Source: a virus
Lineage: Duplodnaviria > Caudoviricetes
Virus record (IMG/VR): IMGVR_UViG_3300030385_001875
Coordinates: 905-64,904 of that record
DNA: 64,000 bases
Strand: one strand, 5' to 3'
Shown: positions 52,855-59,503 of the stretch, one piece after another
How positions within the stretch are numbered: the first letter of the stretch is position 1
Layout: each line of letters starts with the position of its first letter
Notes under the pieces: generated by a model
What the model was told of the DNA's origin: nothing
Database searches by the model: none
Seen by the model: the letters and a program-made list of their open reading frames with translations, nothing else
Program-made: the position numbers and the translations under genes

Positions 52855-53496
52855 ATGGAAACGTTGACCGAGGTAAGGAATCACTGGGTTGAAAAGGGTT
52901 GGCATATTGGTAATCAGAAGTCGGGGATAGGTTATTTGGAGAATTTTTATGATAAGGTTTTCCCCCCATTAAGAGAAAATTGCAAAGCCTTATTGGAAAT
53001 AGGTGTTTGGCATGGAGGCAGTTTAGACCTATGGAGGGCATACTTTCCTGACGAAACTGAAATATATGGTATCGACAATCTCCCAGAAAACGTCCTCTAT
53101 CGTTCAGAGGTAGAGGGTCACCACCTCGAAGGTGATGAAATTAAAGGGGCAACGCTTATTGTAGGGGATGCTTATTCAGATGAAGTCGTGAACCAGCTTC
53201 AAGATAACTATTTTGATATTATTATAGACGATGGTAACCACGCATATACGTCTTGGGAAATCCTGATAGTCAAGTATTACCCTAAATTAAAGACTGGGGG
53301 AATAATGATTATTGAAGATCTGATGTCCACCCTCGATATTGGCTCCACGGAGAGGGAATCTTTAAAGGCTAAGGCAGAAGAGGTGGGATTTTCCTCTGTT
53401 GAAGAGCACGATATGAGTGGATTCGCCAATGGTGCACATTTTGATAATAACCCTATGCTTCAGGGGGAGACTTTTATATTAAAACTAGAAAAATAA
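52855..53496 (+). CDS. Class I SAM methyltransferase (Methyltransf_24-like)
   Basis: LLEIGVWHGGSLDLWRAYFP..IYGID, FDIIIDDGNH, LKTGGIMIIED. Confidence 0.9.
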   Translation: METLTEVRNHWVEKGWHIGNQKSGIGYLENFYDKVFPPLRENCKALLEIGVWHGGSLDLWRAYFPDETEIYGIDNLPENVLYRSEVEGHHLEGDEIKGATLIVGDAYSDEVVNQLQDNYFDIIIDDGNHAYTSWEILIVKYYPKLKTGGIMIIEDLMSTLDIGSTERESLKAKAEEVGFSSVEEHDMSGFANGAHFDNNPMLQGETFILKLEK

Positions 53497-54279
53497 ATGT
53501 TAAACCTCTGGAACTCTCAAACCCCCCAGACGATTATTATGACTTCAGCTATGTATACAGGGACAACTTTCCTGAGAGAACTTTTGATATCGATACCGCA
53601 CTTGGTAACAACCCTAACCAGAGACCTAGCCAATGACAAGTCGGGGCCTTTTTATTTGCAGGATTGCACAGGTAAGGTTTGGAATTCACCTCAAATTAAC
53701 TTAACTGATCTTAATAGCTATTTAACTAAACTGAAGAGAGGTAATGGCAAGATATTATTCCTAGAAGGGCATATCCATGAACATTGGATGCACAGTCTTG
53801 TCTTTTTTGTGACTTTTAATCATAAAGTCATATCCCCCATAAGACATCCATTTGATTCGTTGCTAACGAAATACCTGAGACAAGAACCTCATATCCTAAA
53901 TACTGACCCTTACGACAGGCATCCGGGTTGGCTTTGGTCTTACTTGCAGATCCTAGCCTTACAAAAGAATCGACCTAAAGATGTAGTTTTGGTTCCTGTT
54001 GATTTATTAGGTCAAAAACCTGAAGAGGAACGGGTAACCGAACTTGTTTCTTTGTTAGCTAGTATTGGTGTCAAGGTCAGTGAAAAGAAAAATCAGGAAT
54101 TTTACCAGTTAGCTAGGGAATGGAAACCAACAAACACTCACACTTCACAGTTTCAAGAAGAAAAGAGAGCAGTCAGCGATGAAGTGTATCAAGAAATTAC
54201 TGACAGGTTAGAGAAATCCAATGTTTACTACTATTTGGAACAAGCAGGGATTCATTACCCCATAAAAAAAAGACCCTAG
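53497..54279 (+). CDS. Sulfotransferase-like protein
   Basis: 5'-PSB-like TSAMYTGTTFLRELL and 3'-PB-like IRHPFDSLLT. Confidence 0.65.
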   Translation: MLNLWNSQTPQTIIMTSAMYTGTTFLRELLISIPHLVTTLTRDLANDKSGPFYLQDCTGKVWNSPQINLTDLNSYLTKLKRGNGKILFLEGHIHEHWMHSLVFFVTFNHKVISPIRHPFDSLLTKYLRQEPHILNTDPYDRHPGWLWSYLQILALQKNRPKDVVLVPVDLLGQKPEEERVTELVSLLASIGVKVSEKKNQEFYQLAREWKPTNTHTSQFQEEKRAVSDEVYQEITDRLEKSNVYYYLEQAGIHYPIKKRP

Positions 54280-54302
54280 TGAATGAGACTAGGATCTTTT
54301 TT
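54264..54302. terminator. Bidirectional terminator at the convergence of the two genome arms
   Basis: A8-GACCCTAGT-loop-ACTAGGATC-T6. Confidence 0.7.
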
Positions 54303-54387
54303 ATTGTTTGAAAATAACAAAGGAGAAGCAATATGAACGAGCGATGTCTGAAAACGCTATGACTGAAGCACACATTGCAACATAAAC

Positions 54388-54416
54388 AGTCTAACTCAAC
54401 AGAACAGTCTTGTCAA
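54388..54416 (-). promoter_or_regulatory. sigma70-like promoter pointing toward the 54264 terminator
   Basis: TTGACA (54416-54411), 17-nt spacer, TAGACT (54393-54388). Confidence 0.55.
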
Positions 54417-54421
54417 GAGTC

Positions 54422-54968
54422 GTATCGTTGTGTCCCGTCTCGTCGCATTGTTATGTTGTGGGATGTCGCATTGTGTTATGTCGCATTGTCCAGTAACGTC
54501 CTGATCCGTCCCGTCTCGTCGCAGTGTCAAGTGCAGTCCGGTCCCGTAAAGTCGCATTGTATTGTTTGGGCTAGTTTCGTACTGTATTGGTTACGTCGCA
54601 ATGGCAAGTCAAATAGCGTATAGTTTGGTCGCATTGTGATGTCAAGTGAAGTCTGGTCGGGTCCCGTCCAGTCGCATTGTCCCGTACAGTTGCGTTCTGT
54701 TTAGTCGCATTGTCAAGTCACGTTCGGGGTGAAGGCTCGTCCTGTCGCATTGTGAAGTCCTGTCGTGTCATGTCCAGTCCCGTCGCATTGTATCGTATTG
54801 TCCTGTCTTTGTCTGGTCATGTCGCATTGTACCGTATCGGTGCGTCAAGTCTTGTCGCATAATGTATCGTCGCATTGTTCGGTAGCGGATAAGTTAGGTC
54901 CTGTCGCATTGTTTCGTTTTGTTTTGTCCAGTAACGCCCTGTTTCGTTCCGTCGCATTGTAATGTAAT
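54422..54968. repeat. Pentamer-periodic array 1: (GT-NNN)n blocks punctuated by GTCGCATTGT; candidate guide-RNA array
   Basis: 16 motif copies (13 exact; variants at 54518, 54595, 54854). Start-to-start spacings 23,15,38,33,44,33,43,33,40,38,39,33,15,34,48. GT recurs every 5 nt between motifs. Confidence 0.92.
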
Positions 54969-54982
54969 TGAACTTTTTTCGT

Positions 54983-55020
54983 AAAAAAAAGCGATTTGGC
55001 GAATTTTTCGAGAATTGCTT
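54983..55020 (-). terminator. Terminator-like hairpin + U8 between the epimerase and array 1
   Basis: AAGCGATT...AATTGCTT stem with inner CGAA/TTCG; A8 run on the + strand. Confidence 0.5.
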
Positions 55021-55063
55021 CGTATAGGGTCGGAACAGGGGCTGTTAGAGTAGCCCCCACCCC

Positions 55064-55072
55064 ATTATAGCA
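55064..55072 (-). promoter_or_regulatory. Extended -10 promoter (TGnTATAAT) facing array 1
   Basis: Minus strand TG-C-TATAAT immediately after the epimerase stop. Confidence 0.5.
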
Positions 55073-55074
55073 CA

Positions 55075-56082
55075 TTAGCACCAATCGTGATAATCTTTGT
55101 ACCAATCCACGAAATTTTGTACCCCCACCTTAATAAAAGTGCGAGGTCGGTAAGTCGTCACTTCCTGCAATTTACTGATATCTGCATTGGTGAAACTGAT
55201 ATCTCCCAGTTGATAATCTGTTAGCTTGATTTTCAGCTTTTTCCCCGTTGCATCTTCAATCGCTTTCACAAAGTGATACTTACCCTGCCAATCCTCTGAA
55301 TAAAGCGGGACGGGATTGTTTGATCCCACGTTGAAGATATGATGATAAAATGGCCTTGGGTTTTCTATACCACTCAACCCTCGTTCCATCGCTAAGACCA
55401 AACCTTCTACCGCATCATCGACGTAGGTAAAGTCTCTGGCTTGGGAGCCAGACCCATACAACTCTACCTCTTCATCTTCAAGGATAGCTTTAGTGAATTT
55501 CCATAAAGCCATATCGGGTCTACCCCAAGGCCCGTAAACAGAAAATAACCTTAAACCTGTGCAAGGAATTCCGTACATGCGGGAATAAGCTTCTGCTGTC
55601 ACCTCGTTACTCTTCTTGGTAGCAGCATACAGCGAATAAGGGTGATCTGTGTTATCAGTTTCCTTGTACCCTGTGGATGTACTAACCCCATAAACACTTC
55701 CTGAAGAAGCGTACACCAAATGAGGTGTCGGGTTCATGTTTCGAGCAGTTTCCAGTACCGATTGGAAGCCTGTGATGTTAGGCAGGTATTCTTCAGGATG
55801 ATCGATTGAATGGCGAACACCCGCTTGTGCAGCAAGATGAATAATCACATCTATACCACGAAAAGTCAGGTCCTCTTTCTCCATCCCCACAACATCCATA
55901 TGTTTGAACTCGAATTTCCAGTTGTCCATCCATTCAAGATTACCGATCCTATCTTTTTTCAGCTTAACGTTATAGTAGTTATTGATGTTATCGATACCTA
56001 TAACGTTATGGTTATCGGATAACAATCTCTTAGTAACGTGATAACCAATAAACCCAGCGCAACCTGTAACTAGAATCTTCAT
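55075..56082 (-). CDS. NAD-dependent sugar epimerase (UDP-glucuronate 4-epimerase-like)
   Basis: VTGCAGFIG, HLAAQAGVR, YASSGSVYG, YAATKK, VYGPWGRPDMA, RDFTYVDD. Confidence 0.92.
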   Translation of the reverse strand: MKILVTGCAGFIGYHVTKRLLSDNHNVIGIDNINNYYNVKLKKDRIGNLEWMDNWKFEFKHMDVVGMEKEDLTFRGIDVIIHLAAQAGVRHSIDHPEEYLPNITGFQSVLETARNMNPTPHLVYASSGSVYGVSTSTGYKETDNTDHPYSLYAATKKSNEVTAEAYSRMYGIPCTGLRLFSVYGPWGRPDMALWKFTKAILEDEEVELYGSGSQARDFTYVDDAVEGLVLAMERGLSGIENPRPFYHHIFNVGSNNPVPLYSEDWQGKYHFVKAIEDATGKKLKIKLTDYQLGDISFTNADISKLQEVTTYRPRTFIKVGVQNFVDWYKDYHDWC

Positions 56083-56606
56083 CCCTTACCTCCTATCCTA
56101 CCTTTCCATTCACGTTTAGGGCTCCAGTCACCTGCAAAAAGGATGGTGAAATCCAGTAACCCTAATTTACTGATGGGAGAATCTTTTGAAAGAATTTCTG
56201 TCCCTCCATTGACAGCTAACGCTCGAGGTAAAATCCGAAAATATCCACCGTTACAGATAAGTTCTGATGTTTGAAGTTCCCCGAAAACGAAGCTAAAGTC
56301 TTTGTCCCAGACCCCCTCTTCAAGTTCCTCCCTGAGCAAGTCATAATTTTCGCCACATCCCAAAAAATCTTGGATATCGCAAATACCGAACACAAGCAGT
56401 TCATGTGAGCTTTGCGGAAAACTGACAGAAGCAGTAAACCTGCCTGAATCTAATGTCCCATCAAACTTTATTTTCAGGTCCATTAAAGCGACGCTTCGTT
56501 TCCCTTGCTCAAATAGCATCTCTGCAAAGTCTTTAGGGAACAAACTCAACTGCAAGGACTTTAACGATCCTGATTGGGATTTATTCGTCGATATCTTGAT
56601 CTCCAT
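56079..56606 (-). CDS. Hypothetical protein
   Basis: Likely start MEIKIS at 56606 (the track starts it at 56750); ATGA overlap with the epimerase. Confidence 0.5.
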   Translation of the reverse strand: MEIKISTNKSQSGSLKSLQLSLFPKDFAEMLFEQGKRSVALMDLKIKFDGTLDSGRFTASVSFPQSSHELLVFGICDIQDFLGCGENYDLLREELEEGVWDKDFSFVFGELQTSELICNGGYFRILPRALAVNGGTEILSKDSPISKLGLLDFTILFAGDWSPKREWKGRIGGKG

Positions 56607-57000
56607 CTTCTTCTTCCTTCCTTTTATAGTAAGCTTTCTGTTTACATGTATTAGAACAATACATCGCCCGTTTATGACGGGTCTCGAATCGTGCTCCGCA
56701 ATGAACACATGCTCTGCCGTCACCAAAGACGGCATCATCCCTGTTTTCATCTGTGATACGTTCTATCTTAAAGTTGCAGATACGCACGGGAGGATTCTCA
56801 GGGTGAGAAAACAGTCTCCCCTGATTGGCATTGAAAATCTCCAGCAAAGTCAAAGCTGGATCATCCGTTAAAACCTCCAGATTGATTATCAACCTTGCGT
56901 TAGAAGGAGTTCTGCTATGAGCTCCCGCTACCGCATTAAGATGCTGTTTGTTGGAATCAGTGTCCCGATCCCAATAGTGGATCACTTTTTCTCTAGGCAT
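56581..57000 (-). CDS. Zn-finger protein (CxxC...YCSxxCK)
   Basis: CVHCGARF..RAMYCSNTCKQKAYYKR; AAGGAG RBS before MPREK. Confidence 0.65.
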   Translation of the reverse strand: MPREKVIHYWDRDTDSNKQHLNAVAGAHSRTPSNARLIINLEVLTDDPALTLLEIFNANQGRLFSHPENPPVRICNFKIERITDENRDDAVFGDGRACVHCGARFETRHKRAMYCSNTCKQKAYYKRKEEEDGDQDIDE

Positions 57001-57553
57001 CTCCTTCACCCTCCTTTTCAATCCAATCTACCATCTCATTAAGTTCCTCAATCTCAAGTGATCGGACAGTATTTCTATGCATCTCCATAGCGTGTGCCTG
57101 AACCTTGTCGTTGGGAACACTCTTCTCCTTCATCTTTACCCGAAGCATCTCCAGTAAAGTTTCCCGTTTATCTTCCTGCACTTCACGGGCTTTGGTTTTG
57201 GATTCGATGCGTGACATCTCTTCCGCTGACGCATACTCGCTTCCGCTTAATCCCGCTGCTGCGAGTGCTCTCCCAATAGCAGATGTCTCACAATTTTCAG
57301 TATAAGAAGCGAAATTAACGTTCTGCTTGTTTGTCTTCTCGATGAACTCCAACGCATGACCCACAAAAACGTCAGGTTGTTCCTGATCCTTCTTATGGTG
57401 GGTTACCGTTGATTTCATCAAGATGAAGGTGTCGTTAAGTTCTTCAATCTCTGTCTCAACCGAAACTGAATCACCTTCATCCCTTTTCTCATGGAACATA
57501 ACCATCCGTTCCGCAACAGTACGATACTCTTTACCACGAATTTTGATAGGCAT
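56993..57553 (-). CDS. Probable ssDNA-annealing recombinase (Rad52/Sak/ERF-like)
   Basis: IRGKEYRTVAER, GHALE..NCETSAIGRALAAAG, YASAEEM. Confidence 0.65.
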   Translation of the reverse strand: MPIKIRGKEYRTVAERMVMFHEKRDEGDSVSVETEIEELNDTFILMKSTVTHHKKDQEQPDVFVGHALEFIEKTNKQNVNFASYTENCETSAIGRALAAAGLSGSEYASAEEMSRIESKTKAREVQEDKRETLLEMLRVKMKEKSVPNDKVQAHAMEMHRNTVRSLEIEELNEMVDWIEKEGEGDA

Positions 57554-57554
57554 C

Positions 57555-57755
57555 TCAATTCTCCTCCTCAGATTCTACGATTGTGTGACAGGCAACTTCC
57601 AGAAATCGCATATAAGGTCCAGTTAAAACTTGATAGTTCGTCTGGTCAATCTTCTTTTCGACTTCTTTAATCGCATCTTCCCTGTCACTAGCTTCTACCT
57701 CAAGTAATTGCTCCATCGTTAGCTGGAGCACCGCTACGTATTTATTTTTCTTCAT
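57555..57755 (-). CDS. Small DpnD/PcfM-like protein
   Basis: KYVAVL..LLEVEASDREDAIKEV; GAGGA RBS. Confidence 0.55.
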   Translation of the reverse strand: MKKNKYVAVLQLTMEQLLEVEASDREDAIKEVEKKIDQTNYQVLTGPYMRFLEVACHTIVESEEEN

Positions 57756-57787
57756 AAAACTTCCTCCTCTTACTTAATAATGGGCAC

Positions 57788-57834
57788 AAAAAAAGCGTGA
57801 AAACTAACCGTTTTAGAGGCTAATTTTCACGCTT
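57788..57834 (-). terminator. Terminator immediately 3' (minus strand) of array 2
   Basis: AAGCGTGAAAA/TTTTCACGCTT stem + U7. Confidence 0.7.
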
Positions 57835-57840
57835 ACCAAT

Positions 57841-58241
57841 GTCACGTTTTGTGAAGTGTCGTACCGTTCTGTTTGGTCGCATTGTAAAGTACAGTGGGGT
57901 TGCGTGACGTTCCGTCGCATTGTAGAGTACAGTGTCGTAAGGTTTCGTCGCATTGTTGGGTGTTGGAACAGAAAGTATCGTCATGTCGCATTGTCTTGTT
58001 ATGTGGTGTATCGTATTGTCATGTCGCATTGTTACGTACTGTTTTGTCGCATTGTATAGTATCGTCTTGTCGCATTGTGAAGTTTTGTCCAGACTGCGTT
58101 GCGTCTCAGCTTGTCGCATTGTAAAGACATGAGAGTAAGCCTAGGCGCACCTAGGCTTATCTTTCATCCGTTTTTAGGCTTACGTTACCTTACTCATGGT
58201 ATAGTATCGTCTTGTCCTGTCGCATTGTTACGTTTCGTCGT
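57841..58241. repeat. Pentamer-periodic array 2, same GTCGCATTGT punctuation
   Basis: 9 exact copies at 57876, 57914, 57947, 57985, 58023, 58046, 58069, 58113, 58219. Spacings 38,33,38,38,23,23,44,106. Blocks such as gt-aaa gt-aca gt-ggg gt-tgc gt-gac gt-tcc. Confidence 0.92.
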
Positions 58242-58252
58242 ATTTGGGTTTG

Positions 58253-58780
58253 TCAACGGTAATACGGTTTTTGCTCAGGGAACTGTGACGGGAGGTATCC
58301 TTTGAACACCTCCGCTGTTATTTTCCCTTCACAAAGAACTGAATTCAGATCACTAAAGCTTCCCCTACCGTTGAACCTAGGATTCAATTTCTGTTGCAAG
58401 GCATGTCGGTATCGATGGGCATCTTCAAGCGTCTTGAATTTCTTCTTTATCGCATGTTTCAAGACACCTGAGTTGTACCACCATCCACCTTCTTCCTTAC
58501 CTCCAAACAGACGGTCAGTATCGTAGATTCCTACCCAGTAGGTTCCTTCATCCCTCAAAAGATGACTACGCCAGACCGCACCGTCACTAATATGGTCAAC
58601 GTGGATTTCTGACTCAACAGTCTTACTACACCCTTCACAGATGTAGAGATGGTCTCCCTTAAAAAGGAAAAGCCCGTCTGTTTTGCTCTGGGGCTCATCC
58701 CACGGGATGTCTGCCAACGTATCACAGTCAACGCATTCGATAACCCGTCTCAACTGAGTCTTGTGTTTATGTTTGTTCAT
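58253..58780 (-). CDS. Hypothetical protein with N-terminal Zn finger
   Basis: AAGGAGG RBS before ATG58780 (the track's GTG lies inside a terminator); CVDC...CEGC; FGGKEEGGWWY. Confidence 0.65.
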   Translation of the reverse strand: MNKHKHKTQLRRVIECVDCDTLADIPWDEPQSKTDGLFLFKGDHLYICEGCSKTVESEIHVDHISDGAVWRSHLLRDEGTYWVGIYDTDRLFGGKEEGGWWYNSGVLKHAIKKKFKTLEDAHRYRHALQQKLNPRFNGRGSFSDLNSVLCEGKITAEVFKGYLPSQFPEQKPYYR

Positions 58781-58808
58781 TGTTATTTCCTCCTTTCTAT
58801 TTTTAGGC

Positions 58809-58848
58809 AAAAAAAAATGGGTGAGAACAGAACTCCCTGCTCTCACCC
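58809..58848 (-). terminator. Rho-independent terminator
   Basis: GGGTGAGA/TCTCACCC + U9. Confidence 0.75.
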
Positions 58849-58854
58849 TTGGTG

Positions 58855-59061
58855 CTAATCTTCTGCATCCAGCTTCTCTTCGATCCTACGGAGTTGGTCT
58901 AGCACACCGTCCAGCTTTCGATTTAAGAGACTGAATGCGCTATGGAGACCATATCCCTCACGGAGGTGTTCATTGACCCCTTGAAGCACTCCTCGATGCA
59001 AATGGTCTACCGTTAAAGGTTCCTTGTCTTTATCTTTGAACCATAAGTGTTCGGGTTCCAT
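58855..59061 (-). CDS. Hypothetical protein
   Basis: AAGGAG RBS; C-terminal coiled coil. Confidence 0.6.
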   Translation of the reverse strand: MEPEHLWFKDKDKEPLTVDHLHRGVLQGVNEHLREGYGLHSAFSLLNRKLDGVLDQLRRIEEKLDAED

Positions 59062-59072
59062 ATCTTCTCCTT

Positions 59073-59405
59073 CTAGTTGAATACTGCTTTTTCCTTTTTT
59101 CGGTCACCAACAATCGTCATCCCGAAAAAGACCAATGCTTCATCTGCGAAATCCTTTGCTGATGCTTGTATCTTCTCGCTTCCAATTTCACGAAGAAATT
59201 CTTGGTGATGCTTCAGCAAAACGTCTTCGTTTGCGTCCCAGAACATTTGGGATACTTCCTCAAACTCTTCATGCTTGAAGACGAACTTGCAAAGGTTCTT
59301 GAAGTTAGCAAGAGGTGGAGCCTCCCCCACCCTCGCTACTGCCCAGTTGACTGGGATCTTCAACATCGCATATTCCTCGTTGTCGAGTACATCAAATGGA
59401 TTCAT
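59073..59405 (-). CDS. Hypothetical protein downstream of the RAMP gene
   Basis: TAATG coupling to the upstream 32-aa ORF. Confidence 0.6.
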   Translation of the reverse strand: MNPFDVLDNEEYAMLKIPVNWAVARVGEAPPLANFKNLCKFVFKHEEFEEVSQMFWDANEDVLLKHHQEFLREIGSEKIQASAKDFADEALVFFGMTIVGDRKKEKAVFN

Positions 59406-59503
59406 TATTGTGCTCCCACGACAATAGACATTACTTTCAAAAAGACTAGCACCCCCATACTACCAGCTATCAGGGTGAAAATGTCTGCGAAGAATGTTTT
59501 CAT
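59405..59503 (-). CDS. 32-aa single-TM peptide coupled to the RAMP gene (not in the ORF track)
   Basis: MKTFFADIFTLIAGSMGVLVFLKVMSIVVGAQ; ATGA overlap with the RAMP stop. Confidence 0.55.
   Translation of the reverse strand: MKTFFADIFTLIAGSMGVLVFLKVMSIVVGAQ

Noticed and set aside
54911-54950. Possible self-target: gapped read of this block partly matches the TTAGGCAAAAAAAA terminator tail at about 58803
   Set aside because: Only the low-complexity part matches and the remaining positions fail. I found no convincing target by eye.
54375-55105. Cys/Arg/Ser/Val-rich ORFs over array 1 (and 57820-58305 over array 2)
   Set aside because: By-products of a stop-poor pentamer repeat: several frames are open, there is no RBS, and the period is not a multiple of 3.
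54422-58241. Canonical CRISPR array call for the GTCGCATTGT repeats
   Set aside because: The repeat is only 10 nt and not palindromic, intervals vary from 15 to 48 nt, and the intervening sequence is itself 5-nt periodic. No cas1/2/6 was seen.
58228-58256. TTGACA at 58256-58251 as a dedicated array-2 promoter
   Set aside because: No acceptable -10 at 16-18 nt spacing; the hexamer overlaps the upstream stop codon.
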